Source: Dudresnaya verticillata
Taxonomy: Eukaryota
DNA length: 64,000 bases
Direction: 5' to 3'
NCBI GenBank assembly: GCA_977862235.1
Contig: OZ374564.1
Span: forward strand, 1,798,001 to 1,862,000
Part shown: positions 46,993-60,456 of the stretch, piece after piece
How the letters are laid out: the number at the start of each line of letters is the position of its first letter
Position numbering within the stretch: the first letter of the stretch is position 1
Program-made: the position numbers and the translations under genes
The notes under the pieces: generated by a model
What the model was told of the DNA's origin: nothing
What the model saw: only the letters and a program-made list of their open reading frames with translations
Databases searched by the model: none

Positions 46993-48422
46993 TAATTGTT
47001 TTAGAAGAGAAAGGAATCCGACGAGCACTGTGGTAGTAGCCAGCCGCAGCCTTCTCCGAGTCCACTCCCAGGCCCTCTAGCTTCTCTCGACAATGTACCC
47101 AACCGAAGCTGATCTCCACATCGTTTCTCGATCCATCGCAGCAATCCTGTCGCGATGATATTCGATATGTGACGCACTCATCACGGCCGACAACTGTAGC
47201 ACAGCAATGTAGGGCAGCTGGCAATGGCAGGAGTGAGGAAACTCTCCGGCACTGCTCTTCAGGAGACTCTCGCGGAATTATCACGCGGTGAGGACTCCCC
47301 TGTACCCTGAGGGTAGTGCATGCAACGATCCAAAATGTAGTCGTAGGACTTTCACTGCCGTATTAAGATCAGCCAGTACCAGGGAGTAGCCCAGACTGGG
47401 TGGTACACCAACGCAATTGTAACAAATGCGGGATATCTGCATTGCAGAGTCCGCGGTAGCACCCCACTGTGACCACCCTCATGCCTCACACTCGCGACTT
47501 AGTCCTACTCCACAAATAGTCCGCTTCTCGTCACGGCACTGCGTTCTGGTGCGCCTGTTAATACTGTAGGTCTTTAGTTGCCCGAGCAGGATCACCCCAA
47601 ATAGTTGGTAAATGCTTACCATCACAACTGAATGGCGATAAAGTAACAACTGCAGCATTGAGCAGAAGCCAGAATGGCTCACTTGGCGCGAATGCCAACT
47701 TTTGCACTTCAAAATGTCAACCATGTCCTTTCGATAAGTTCTTCTTCGAGGGTGATCCGTCTTTTGTCTGGTCTCCTGTTCGTCCAGCTTTAGAGCTGCG
47801 CTGTGATGAACGATACCCCAAACTGAACAATACCCCAAACGCGCGGACGACCAACCACACGAACTTTTGTCGCGATCGCAGTCGTATTGATGTTTTTTCT
47901 TTTCGTGGATGATCTTGGATTGGATTTGTACGCAATCTTCATGCCTTTGACCTCTCCGTTGTCCGTCACCCCTTATTCATTCAACATTCCGAACTACATC
48001 CAAAGCGGAGTATCCTTGAAAGGTGCTGTCTTTGAGAGGTTCACAACTACATCCGGCAAAGACATCGTACCCAGAAAAACTTGCTGTTACACAAAAAAAT
48101 AAAAATGTATGGTTCTGCAAAACGTGGCGCCTCATTCCGCTCGTACCTTGCATGTACTCTTGCTTCAGCACGAATAGACAAAAGTGCAAAAAGTGCGGAC
48201 GAAACAGGACCTGCTGCCCAGAAGATTCGTTTAGAGGTGTATTCGGTGTGAACGCTGTGAAGGCTGTGGAGGCTGTGAAGGCTGTCGTTGTTGTCCGTGC
48301 TGTTGTACGTGGCATATTCAGGGTCTGAAAAATCATGTTCGTCTAATAAATATTGCCTGTACATGTGTACACGTTTGAAAATCTCACTTTGACAAACAAG
48401 ACAACATATGCTGTCTATTCCA

Positions 48423-50495
48423 CTAGTACTCTCCAATGTTCTTCATCCACGGTTTCAGAGAGTATCCCATGCGTTCTAGAGCAAGTCTTATTGTCCTAAT
48501 CGCCTGAGTAAGGTCCACGATGACACCCACAGACTTTACTCCCGTGCACGGGTTGAAAACATGTGGAAGCTTGTTTCCGCACTCCTTCTCGTAGAAGGCT
48601 TTAGTCTTGTCTGGGAAGAGACGCACAGTGAGAGAAGGCAGACATGTCAGAGCACAGCTTGTGTGTAAAGTATGGGTATTAGCGCGTCATGACCTGATCA
48701 GATAGTCGCCATTCCAGACTACGTACTCGGGTGCCGCAAGCTTCGTAGCTCGTAGTACCAAATCTTGCAGCTTTCAGAAAGCAAATTGAACGCAAAATCG
48801 GTGTAGCCGAGGGGCATCACTTCTATGATGGAGCTGCATGACATTAGCATTCGTACGTAAGACGCGGATAAGGGAAGTTAGAAGTCCAATATGCGAAGCC
48901 CTTACTATCCGCTTGAAGGTCAGCACTCCCGCCTGTTGAGAGTTAGGAAAGCCCGAAAGCAAAGTGGCCAGAATAGTAACGAACCTGTGTCGTGGCATCC
49001 ACAGTTGTCCCATGGACTGAGAACCGTGTGGAGTCAGGAGAACGCCAGCTCGGGAGAATGTACGGACATGTTGCTCAGCAGTCTGTACATCTGCAGTGCT
49101 CACAACCTCTACCTCGACTCCATGCTTGTCAAACGCCTTGTGGAGACCGTTTACCAACTCATCAAGGTTGGCGATATTCCTGGTCTGATGTCGCTGAAGG
49201 ATAATGATTCGCTTCGGCGGTTGTGGGTAGAAGACTTGACCCAGACGCTTCATACGGAGCTTTGGAATGCCAAAAAATTCATAGCTGCGCTGACGGATAG
49301 ACCTGCAAACACGCTCATGTGCGCCGTTGCCTATCTTGGCGCCAACGGTGAAACGCGGCATGCAAACGAGATCCGTACTTGTGTCGTTGTGAACTTCAGA
49401 ATGGAATAGCAACTTTTCTTCCGCTTTAAGCTGTGGGTAGGCTGCGAGGAGAGGGGCAGTTAATCGGGCTGTTAGCGGCGGGGTGCGGATTTCGTGGGAG
49501 GTCAAGTTTGGATACAGGCGTGAGAGGTTGAGTTGTAAGATTAGGGCGTAGTTGAAGCGGTTGATATCTCGGGAGGTCTGGGTGACAAAGTCAGCCTCGC
49601 GCTGCGGAAGGTAGACATGCGGCGGAGAAGGGGCGAAGAGGTGAGCCTGGGTGTCATTGAACTGGGCATGGAGTGGGTGCATGCCGGGACGGGGGCGGGG
49701 GTCCAAGCTGCTCTGCCACAACATGACATCGAGTATCCAGATGATGTCCTTGACGAGGTGGTTGTTGTGGTTGTTGTTGACGTAGTCCAGATCGACGAGC
49801 CAGGCGTCATCAATCCATTTAATTCGAGCTTTCTCGAGTAGCTCTGCATTATCCCAATCGTCATCGCCTTCCACGACGTCGAGCCGAGTGCCGAAGAGGG
49901 ACGCGGCGGTGCGATATTTTGCGCGGAGGCACGATTGCTGCGGGGCTACCGTACCGTCACGAATGGGCCAGTGGCGTGAGGAGAAGTAGCGCGGGTCGGA
50001 GCTCTGTTGTCGGAAGTTGCACCAAGAGTCGGACGGGACCTCCTCGCCGTCGCGCTTGGAGTCATCGACAAAGTAGACGTCCGGGCGCGTGGGCGACGAC
50101 GCAGGCGACGTGTCGACGCACACCAGGCCCTCGAAGACACACGACTGCGCGCCGGCGGTGTACTCGCGGCAGCCGATGCGGCGCGTGGCGACTGCGCGGC
50201 GCGGCGACGACGCGCGCAGATGGCGCAGCCAGGCCGTGGCGGAGCGCTTTGCGGCGCGCGCGACGTCGGGCAGCGGCGGTGGCGCGGCCGGCGGCGCGGG
50301 CGACGACGCGGATTGGCCCGACACGCGCGTGTGGCGCAGCGCGGGCATGCTGATGGTGACGTAGGTCGTCAGGAGCGACGCTAGCGCTACGGTCAGTAGC
50401 AGCAGCAGCTGCGGCGCGCGCGAGAGCGCGAAGGGCGGGGAGGTGGCCGGCGCCGGGGAGAGCTTGGGGAAGTGTGGCGCGGACGGGGGCGCCAT
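48423..50495 (-). CDS. Glycosyltransferase family 61-like type II membrane protein; 3 exons (50495-48985, 48833-48727, 48610-48423)
   Basis: N-terminal TM helix, then GT61 motifs RIIILQR..RNIANLDEL..EQHVRTFSRAGVLLTPHGSQ..WMP. Splicing GTTCGT..GCTAAT..CAG (48984-48834) restores SSIIEVMP. Splicing GTACGT..CAG (48726-48611) joins in phase to KTKAFYEK...IGEY*. An upstream in-frame ATG at 50672 is possible. Confidence 0.85.
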
Positions 50496-53400
50496 GGCGG
50501 GCGGGCGGGTGGCAGTGGCGGTGGCAGTGGCGGTGACGGAGTCGGCGACGGCGGCAGGGGTGGGGACGCGGGGACACGGGGACGCCGGCGGGATCGGTTG
50601 CGGTGTCGGTGTCGGTGTCGGTGTCGGTGGCGGTGGCGGTGTCGGCTGGCGGTGGGAGTGCAGCAGGAGCATTGAGGTGGCTAACGGTGGCACAATGCTT
50701 CTCAATTATCGTCGCTTGAATTGTATGAATTGTACATATCGGATAGACGTCCATCCTATGGTGTTGGACGTCTATGGCGCCGCCACTGGTTGTGGGTTCG
50801 ATCGAGGCGCTCAGCGCGTGGGGAACTTCTGTAATGGACAGAGAGTGTTCATTCCTCGTCGACTACGAGTTTTACACGTTCCGCAGTACGGCTGAGCAGC
50901 GTCCCCTTTTGCGGATAGATACAGAATACAGTAGTACTGTACTCTGTCCAACACAGATCTAATCGTGTTGCCAATCAGTGCGCGTCTTCGACAGTACAAG
51001 TACACTTCGGCACTTCCGATCTTCCGATCCATCTCACAAATGCGTGTGTATCCAAATACTCCATCACTGCGCACGTCGCCTGACGGAAACCTACTCGTCC
51101 ATAACACTACCAACTACTGTACTCACCGCGCATTTTTAATAATAGAGTATCGTGAATACCAATCAATCTATTACACGTATTAGAGCTCCTCAATGCACAA
51201 ATTACCCTTTGCCCGTCCCCTTGTCCGCCGGATAGCTCGCCAGACCATTTTAGCGAGCTTTATTACTGAAACTCATAAATGCAAACAACGTTACACATTG
51301 TAGCGCTTTTGCGACGCATACCGCTTCGTCCTTGAATACCATACCATATGTCCATTCATCCACTTCAGCTTCCCATCCACAAATTCCTGCACTGTTCTAC
51401 CAAATATTTCGGCTATCTCGTACTTTGCGCTTCCGGCAAACCCGTTCCCACCGGACCATCATGATGTAGCTTTTCATATCCTTGGCAAATTGCCCCACCC
51501 ATGAGGTATGAGCGAGCGCCTTGAAAACGCTGCACAATGTCTGAAAGAGCTCGAATCATAGCGTGATCACTGTCCGCAACCGAACCCCCGAATAGCACTT
51601 CAACAGCCCGATCTTCGATCGTTCGCATCTTCTCTGCGTACGGATCATCACGCACCCTGCCGCGTCATGAATACCGTCAAAACAGAAAAATAGTGTAATA
51701 AATTATGCCACAGCGATCAGTTGCTCTTTGGTGCAATGAGGCAGCATCAACGATGTCACCTCGCCATATTTAAGAGCTCGAATATCGAATATCGTCTTGA
51801 TCAAAACCAAATCCATGCGAGAAGCCTTGTTCGGTGCACCGCGATGCGCTCTTCGGCATTGCTAACTTACGGGGTTCTGAAACTCTTTTTTTGTTGCCTC
51901 GTTGCATGGCTTGTTGCTCTCGAATACCAGTCGAAAATTCCGCGCCTTCTTCTTCCATCTTAAAACATATGGATGCGGGAGTGGGTGGATATGTGTACAG
52001 GTAGGCTGTGCTGCTTCTTCAGCGCTACGCGTATCGCAAACATCTGCGACCTCTTCCCCATTTATACTGGCGAGTGAAGTCGCAGAACCTGCCCTACGGG
52101 AATGATCTTTTGGCGACCATGCGTTGCATTAAAGTGATGTTTCCCCCCTGCGTTGATGAGAATGACCGTGTGCGATTTCAACGCTACGCAGTGCCTCAAT
52201 CCAACTCCTCCCAGCAAGGACCTGTCACGATGTTCACACCCCGATTCATTCCTTTACGATGGGAGCATTACAACAGCACGGTCCCTGGAGCGGTATCACC
52301 TTTCGAGAGTGAACCTAGGAGAGAGAGTTTGTGGATTTTACGAAGTCCCTGTCTGTGGAGGTCAGCCGAGAGATGTGAAAACGCCCATGAGTTATACTCC
52401 GAGATAGTTTCTGTCATAGAGCTGGGATGTAAAAAGCCGTTGAATGTTGTAACCAGCGATGACGGCGTAGGAGAGCATTGGAGACAAGCACCCATTTGAG
52501 GTATGCTGCATATGTCGATTCTTTTCTGATCGGTCTTATGACTCAATCCTTGTTGACGTTTCCGCGCAAAAAAGTTGCAACGCAACAAGTGCGTCATCGC
52601 GATTGGCTTGCAGGTACCGTTGTACTCAAACAGCTTGTTTTTCTATGGCGCAGTGGGGCTGTCCAAAGCATGGCCTCCTTAGTCTTCTCAAGCCCAAACT
52701 CATGTCGTCTTCCTGAAGGCCCTGGAAATCACACTGGCCCTCTCTCATTCATCGTAAAAAATCACTTCTCTCTTATAACTCATGCTCTGACACACATAAC
52801 ACGTGTAACGACAAATTCGTGCCTGCCCGTAACAACGCGTTGCTAGATAGCCGTGAGTGAATAGGCGATGCATGAGGAAAATTTCCGTAGGAGAAATTTA
52901 CCTACTTGTGGTCACTTCAGACACCGGGTGACGAGACTGAACTAATCTTTGGTTTATCAGCGGGTCAAGACCGGCATATATGGAAGGGAAAGGCTGATTT
53001 TACTCCGATGCAAAATGTATATTAGATTTCAATGAGAATAGATGCGTGAAACGAACCGGTTGTACGTGGCAGAAACCATCTTTGCTCGCAGTTGACAAAT
53101 GGAAACGGCCTTCAACTCTCAAAATACAAGACAACTGTCAACAACAAGAAGGCGCCAATCCTCTAAGCAAAGCCGAATTTGTACTTCATGCACTCAACAG
53201 CCAACTCATTGTGTTTGGCCAAGAAGCAGTGAATGCCTCGAGCTGGCAGCTTGTTAGTGACACTGACCGCAGCAAGCTGCCCCTGTTGAATTTTGACTCC
53301 TTGCGACCCACGACGAGTACAACAGTTCTTGTCGAGGGCGAATTTCTTTGAGAAGTCATTCATCTCTTTCATCACAGTTATGGAAAGAGTGATGAAGGGG

Positions 53401-53821
53401 CCCGCACCCTTTTGTCAAAATTTCCTTGCGGCTTGCTCCCATCGCTCCAGTATTTTTAATGTCCTACGCGTGGCTTTGGGCGAAATTGGACACTTTTCCC
53501 ATCACATCTTGTAATCGAAATGCGCGGCAAAATGGACGCCGATGCACTTTTTAGCGCAAACAGTCGACGAATGCGAACGGCATCGACGAATGCGAATCGC
53601 ATTGACGAGCGCCCAATTTCCAACAACCCAAAAAGCGGGATTTGCAAGCAAACAGGCATTCGACCGCTTGCGATGTGGCGGCCATTGTGTTACTCAGCAG
53701 CAGCCATATGACCATCACCCTCACGTGGGGCTATGGCAGAAGGAAACGTAAGCGTCTTCATATTCTGTAGTTCCTGTGTTTGGGAAAGGTCTCCCTCGAC
53801 GTATAAGAGCAATCCTTCAGA

Positions 53822-54754
53822 ATGCCGCGCAGTTACTTTGCTCGTCATTACATCCTTGGTCTGAAAATCGGAGAAGGGAACTTTGCTAGCGTATACACCG
53901 CCATCAGTCGGAGAACTGGTAAACTTTATGCTGTCAAAATAGAGCGACTTGGGGCAGAAACACCACAGCTGGAACATGAGAGTGAGGTCTATCGTCGGAT
54001 TCACAGGAATGGAACAATCCCAGGGATCCTTCGACCACTGTACTACGGGAGAGATGGAAACAAGAAAATCCTCCTCATGCATTTTCTAGGCCCGTCCATA
54101 TCTGCTAGGAGGAGGGAGATGGGAGGTCGACTCTCAATAACTTCGATCTGCATGATTGCTGTGGATATTCTGCATGCATTAGAAGCACTTCATGGGCGAG
54201 GAATTATCCACGGAGACGTCAAGCCTCAAAATATTTTGAGCACGCGAGGGGGTGGAAAAGGACTGTACCTGATCGACTTTGGTCTCTCGCAAAGGTACAA
54301 GACTTCTCTAGGTCACATCCGGAATCGCTCCCGAAGGCCGTTTCTGGGTCACCTCAGATACGCCTCTGTGGGCAAGCACTATGGATATCAAGAGTCCAGA
54401 AGGGATGACATTGAATCGCTTGGGTATTGTCTACTCTCATTGCGCACTGGAAGTCTCCCCTGGGAGTCTCTGAAAGCCAGGAACAGGCAGCGATTGCATG
54501 AAAGAGTAGTACATATGAAGGAGACGCTTCCGCTCAGTCGCCTTTGCGCTGGCTTGCCCAGCATGATCCGGTATTTCTTGCTTCAGAGAGATATTAGTTT
54601 TGCTGGTCGTCCGAATTACAATGCTCTGCGTATGATCTTCATTAATCAGCTACTTAGAATTGGTTGCACTGCACAATCTGACTTGAAGTTTGATTGGGAA
54701 ACTTCGGATGATGACCATACTGCGCAATTGAGGAGAAGGAATACTGCGCGTTGA
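53822..54754 (+). CDS. Casein kinase 1-like Ser/Thr kinase, divergent and intronless (310 aa)
   Basis: KIGEGNFASVY, AVKIE, PQLEHE, LGPS, IHGDVKPQN, LIDFGLS, RYAS, SRRDDIESLGY, LPW are CK1 signatures. Confidence 0.92.
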   Translation: MPRSYFARHYILGLKIGEGNFASVYTAISRRTGKLYAVKIERLGAETPQLEHESEVYRRIHRNGTIPGILRPLYYGRDGNKKILLMHFLGPSISARRREMGGRLSITSICMIAVDILHALEALHGRGIIHGDVKPQNILSTRGGGKGLYLIDFGLSQRYKTSLGHIRNRSRRPFLGHLRYASVGKHYGYQESRRDDIESLGYCLLSLRTGSLPWESLKARNRQRLHERVVHMKETLPLSRLCAGLPSMIRYFLLQRDISFAGRPNYNALRMIFINQLLRIGCTAQSDLKFDWETSDDDHTAQLRRRNTAR

Positions 54755-55621
54755 TTCCTGGCACATACCAGTATGTATACTGGGCTGATATTGGAAGAGA
54801 GATAACTAGGCTATATCCCTGAATACCTGTTTTATACCGCCTGCTGTGAGGACAATAGTATTGTCGTGCAGAAGGATGTTGATTGCAGGCAAGAGCTGGT
54901 CACCTTCCCGCCACTCTGAAATAATCTCATGAAGTACAGGCACTGTTACCATCTTCAAGTGCACTGGCATTATTGCGCTTACCGTGAAGATAGGATCATC
55001 CCAAGACCACAATTCGAGAAAAAGGGGGTCTCGCCTCTAGAGGAGAGTACATCGGCCGAGAATATCACCTTTACTGTTATGTTCGGAAGTAGGTGTCCAG
55101 TGCCGAGTTGGAGAGCAGAGCTGTCCTTCGATAGGCTAAGAGTGGAGTGAAGTTCGTCTTGCACTGTGGTACCACAGCATTTCAGTCAGCATCCTTGATG
55201 TAAAAATACCTGTTGAACAGAACGGGGCTTCATTTTTGGATGGGTGTTTTGTAGACCGAGATGCTTCGTCCTGAGTAAACTTTATGATTATTGTTTGATT
55301 ACTTCGGAGAGGATTTGGAAGCTGTAAGAAAGACTGGTGGTTCAACTTCGTTCTTCTACTAAAGTAGGAATTGTAGTGTGTATCAGAGGCCTGGATTGCC
55401 GTGGGGTCTTTAGAGTGCGTCACTTGTACTATAATGATGTTTGATTTTAATGTTTGTTCTACGCGGTCCTAAAATTAAGAAAGTATCTCTTCCTCCTCCC
55501 CGGTGATCAGTTTCTGCTGCACTGCACCGGTCATATTTTGGCCTCTAGAACTCGTGAAGAGATCCAGAAAAGGTTTTGGAAGAGTAACAAAGCTCATGGG
55601 TGTACTTAAAAGACTGGTTAC

Positions 55622-56480
55622 CGAGAGAGAGAGACCTTTATTAAACAACAAGAGAGAAGCCCCTTAAGGGGGCTTAGGATTCAGAGCTACCATAAAGAGG
55701 CGGAGGAGCAAGCTTGCGGCGGTTGACACTCACCGCCACGCATTGGAGAACTAAAGAGAGTAAACGAGTAGTGAGGCGAAGTTTCTCCGTAGACGGAGAG
55801 GTCCCGCGCTTGCTGGCAATGAAATTAGCAATACGTTGGGCGCCAACTTCAAAGCCAGATCCAACACGGCCATAGACATCTACAACCATAGGATGGAGAA
55901 CCATATCCAAACTAGCGCACACGCGGCGGTAATGAGAGCGTTTGACACGTTCGCGAGCTGCAATGGCTTGGCCAGCAACGCGACCAGTGGAACCATGAAT
56001 AGAATGGGGACTGACGACCGAGACATCAAATCCATGGGGGTGAGGGGCAAAGCCACGATCATCAACGAAAATATCCATACGCAGTTGGTCACGTGGATCA
56101 ACAGGCTGTGGGGGACCACCAGAAGCAGCATGACGCTCGTCACGTATGCGTTCAGCACGTGTTCGGGCAGCGTTGGGGACAGAGCTACGGGGCCCATGCT
56201 CATCCGAATAAGTGAAACGATGCTCAACTTCAATGCGCACGCCATGGGGGCGGGCGATAGTCTGAAATAAGACACTTAAGCGAGGAGTAGCATGGAAAGA
56301 ATTCAAGAACGTGGTTACATCATTAAGTCGGGCTTGACACTGTTTGCCAACAGAAGAGCGTAGACGGCCTAGGGAAGGCCCAAGGGTGTTGTCAGCAGGG
56401 AAGGGAAAAGGACCAAGAACTGTCCGGATGGTAGACATGCTTGAACCGAGAGACGCTAAATAGCTGAGATCCACCACAGC
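55622..56480 (-). mobile_element. 5'-truncated CRE/R2-type non-LTR retrotransposon 3' end (restriction-like endonuclease domain)
   Basis: ORF 55674-56477 with RMDIFV..FDVSVVSP..ARERVKRSHY..PMVVDVYGRVG (RLE PD-(D/E)xK pattern). After the stop come a GCCCC-TTAA-GGGGC hairpin, AATAAA and a (TC)n tract. Confidence 0.8.
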
Positions 56481-58369
56481 GGAAGCTCTAGTCAGTCCTA
56501 GGTTACCGACCAGATAGAGTCCCTAGAGCCTGGCGAGAGTACTTTTGCCCTTTCTCTCTTACAAATACAGCATGATGCTCGGGCTGCCTCATTACATTTT
56601 GTGGCTAGACCCCCTATAAAGCTTCTCTTCTCTTTGACCAAGAACCAGATGACACGACAACGCATGAAAATCTACTGCAGAGAATTCTGAAACGGGAGAG
56701 CAGCAGAAGGACTACTTCATTGCGGTTGTGTAGAGTAGCGGTCTCAGCTTCGACTCGATTAGAATCTCAGTACTCCACATTGAAAAGTCTACGAGAGACG
56801 GTTTCTACTTCCGGCGAGCAGCCGATATTTAGCCAGGAAGGATAGAACGTGAGAATGTGAGAACAGTCTTCATAGAATGGAGCGGAGTGAGTTACTTGCA
56901 AAGGTGGGCGATTTAGAGGATGCACGGAGGGTGATCATTGCATTATACGCGAATGGAGCAAGAATGTAAGGCACGAAGCGTGAATGTGTTTTAAAACAGT
57001 CCCGTTGCACAAACACAAGTTACACTTTACTTGCTGGCTCCTGCAGGGTCGGGATAGGAAAACAAATCCTGAGCAGGCCGCAAGCTGTGCAAAATATGAG
57101 ATGTGACATCAGGTTAAGGTGGTACATCAGTACAATCCACATCTGGATGTTGCAGCTGGGAGCAGGGCTCCATGTTGCTATTGCCTTGGCATTATTTTCA
57201 GTAGAACAGGACGAGGTCTGGAAGCGAGGGGACGAGTGGGGGCCGTGTTTGGATATCGAATGCTCTAGAAAACATCGCGCGAATCACGAGGACGTGTAGG
57301 TGCAGGTCGGCTTCGAACACAGGGTCAAGGGATTGGCCTCATGAAGTGATATGCTTGCGTGGCTATGAACTGACATGTTGATACTCGCTATCCACAGGAA
57401 CACCTCCAATCTGTTCTGTTCTGGAGAACGAGTACTTTAGGAGTTCGGAAGGTGGTGTTACATAGACCAAGAGAAAAGAGCATAGCACCTCTTGTGCCAC
57501 ACGACCATTCATGTGCTGATTTGCTGAAAACTGTTGCCAAGAACATCAAGGCGTCCAGGGTTCCACGAGCCCCAACGACTTGTGGGACAACTGCCTGTGA
57601 CAGCAGATTCGGATTGTAACATATCGGCGGAGATCGAAGTGTGGCTCGCAGGATTGCGAGCGCGAGAACATGGAGAGTTCCTTGGTCAGCATCACCCGTC
57701 AACCGTGCTTACGGTTTGCCGTACAAAGCGAAAGTGGATCTATTTTCTCGCGGATGCCTTGAACAAATATTCTCGTGGATTGGGGGAGCATGAGGTTTCA
57801 AGGTAGGCGTACGCTGCGGCTACACACCATGGTGTGTATGTTAAGTATCCCAACGTTCACGTCCTATTGACGAGAGCAAGCAGGGGCAGGCTCCGTCCTG
57901 ACATCAGCAGCTTCTCTGCTCCTAGAGCAAGGCCTGAATTATCCAGAGGGATTGGAATCAGGCGCGGCGACGACGCTTCCTCGGAGACTCCGAACGCGGC
58001 GTACTAGTCGAGAAGGCACGAAAGGGACCCACCTCCCGTGTCTGGACGAGAGCATCTTGCCAATCTGAAGGGTTGGAAACACAGCCTGCAAGCGCCATCG
58101 CAGTGTATGTGGTTTCAGAAATCGTGAGAGTCGTGGCGTCGGCCAAAGCGAGGGGCAGTTGTGGTGAGAGATGGCTCGCTTGAAGCCTCCGGAGCTTCGA
58201 CGATGGTTAAAGAGGCGGGAGAAACTCTAGGACCTGGGCCTGGATCTAGATTATTTGGAATCGCGATTCCGATCGAGCTTTGCTTCGCACCAGATCTAGA
58301 TCGGAGTGGTCGCGATCTCAGCCATGAACATGCTGCGCAGTCGCATTGGGTGTTACCTTGGAAGGTAAT

Positions 58370-58790
58370 ATATCATCACAAGGTCGCCATCGACATCACG
58401 TTGGCCTGCCCTATGCCCCAGCCTACCTGGCACCAACAACGACTGACTCTGTGACCCTTCTCACTTTCGTGGACGCGCTCAAGATTCCAGAGTACGCCAC
58501 CCTGTTCGCCACCCGCCACGATCCCCTTTGGCTGCAACGACTTGCGCAGCTCTGAGCCCTGGCACTCACTCCCTAACAGCCTAGCTCGTTGCCCGCTAAC
58601 GTGCTTCAGCTAGTGCCCTCTCTGAAGCAGTCATTACACGCACCCTCGTCACCCAAACCACCACGACTGCCCATGAATACATTAGCCTAGCTATCCACAC
58701 GCGCAGACGGAGATTCGAACGAGACTCCTGAGTCAGGAGTCCTGACCCCCGGACCCGGGGGTTTGGCCCCTCGGGCATTTGTCCCCTCTT
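58370..58790 (+). mobile_element. Possible second, heavily decayed RLE-type LINE 3' fragment
   Basis: KVAIDITLACP / AYLAP..DALKIPEY across a frameshift resembles the DV..K..KY pattern. A CCCCCGG-A-CCCGGGGG hairpin follows the last stop. Confidence 0.35.
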
Positions 58791-59559
58791 TCTAGACTGA
58801 GGAATACTTACTGCCCCAATACCCATCGAAGCGGCTGATGTCTCCGCATGTGCATACCTAGACTCAGTCTTCGAACCAAGCCGAGGCGAGAGAGCAGTTG
58901 TTGACTGCAAAAGGCCATACGTTCATGGATTCTACTGCAAAGCAAGAAGTAATTGGTACCGAAATTTCGGATTGTCTTCACCTCACCACCCTGGCACGAC
59001 GAGAAGTAGTTGCGGAAGACTTCTGTTTCGATTCTAATGAACTAGCTTTTGCACATTCATGATCTCAGAACTTGTGCGCCACAACAATGGAGGAATCAGT
59101 GTGGTTAGGCTCTTCTGCCTTCTGCAGTGACCCAATTCTATTCCAGTTTGTTCCAGTTCTTGAACCATGAGACGTTGTTACAGTACGAGAGCAGCTTAAC
59201 AAGTACTTTCGCACTTCCATTCGTGATTGGTTCCTTACCGCGTTCGCGAAAAAGGACCGTCACGTAGCAGTCTTGTTCCGTTTCTATTGCAGAAGGGCTC
59301 CAGGTAATCGGGGTTATCATTGAGAAGCCCCTATTAGACAAACCGGTGGAAATCTCTGTGGAAGCCCAATCTCGACTGCAAGGAACATTTTCGCTTTTGC
59401 ATTTCGCTTCCAGGCTGTACTTGTTGTAGACAGCTATTCGGATTCTGAATTTCGGAGTCTTGACTAAGCCACAAGCAAGGAAGCTAGTAAGGAACACACA
59501 ACTGGTACAGAGTGCTATAAGAACTCCAAGAGAGTAGATCCAACGCAGTAGTGAAATGG

Positions 59560-60456
59560 TTAATACTCAGCTTGTGCTGCCAAGAAGATGATCTTCATCC
59601 AAGCACATATTTTTAACACGGTAATCAATAAAGCATTGAAGAGTGCTGCACCAGCCGTGAGTCCGAGAAAAGACACATCCACCTCAGTTATTGGCGCTCT
59701 CCCTTAAAAAGAGTCAGTCACAGTTGCGTTCCTATCCACCCTCAATGAAATCATTTTCATCAAGACATAAGCGTTATGAGTAATACCTGAAGCCATAATC
59801 ATAGCCATAGCCTTAAGTTTTCCAGTTTCAACGGCATACGCTGAGAGAGCTGGTGCATAGTGGTACTGATTCTGGGCGAGAGTTGCAACTACCAGCTGCC
59901 CACTCGGGTACCGCACAACTGCGATGCAGGAGAGATCAGTGCCGAGAAAACAGTAAGATTCAACTATTTCCGATACGCACTGTGTTGACAGAGTTATAGG
60001 AGGGCTTGGCAATGTTTGGGGTCTAGACTCCCGCAAGCCTATTCTCCATCTACACCCAGTTCTATTGCTTTGGAACTTCTGGGACACCAACCCGCAGCGC
60101 TTCTCTCGGCACGTATACCAATAGAGAAGTAGCACAAGTGATCTTCAGTCCTGCCTTTGGTCTTCAGTAACATCTGCAATGGCATTTCCACCATATGCGT
60201 ACTCGTGGTAGATTCTGAAAGCGTTTGAGTCCTTTGCACAGTGAACATGCTCTGCCAAGAGCAGCAACTCCTTTGAAACTAGACCGTTCTCAGTTGCGAT
60301 ATTTTGTGTCGTGTTAATGATGTAGTCTTTCGGAGCTCCCGTAACGAAATATTGGACTCTGGCTTGCTCTGTCCTTTCCTCTGTAATGCCGACAATCGCA
60401 AATTGTCCTCCGGAAAGGAAGGTCACAGCCAAAACATAAACGAGGGAAATCACCAA
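59560..60456 (-). pseudogene. Decayed gene for a membrane-anchored protein of unknown family
   Basis: ORFs 60145-60456 and 59704-60135 share a frame separated by single stops. Read-through reaches a hydrophobic segment (FLGLTAGAALFNALLITVL). Confidence 0.35.

Noticed and set aside
47480..48436. Zinc-finger or transposase remnant (CLVC..H)
   Set aside because: Fragmentary, with no consistent frame or recognisable family.
57388..57702. Decayed LINE RT fragment (PQVVGARGTLDALMFL)
   Set aside because: Only one weak motif and no YxDD found; insufficient support.
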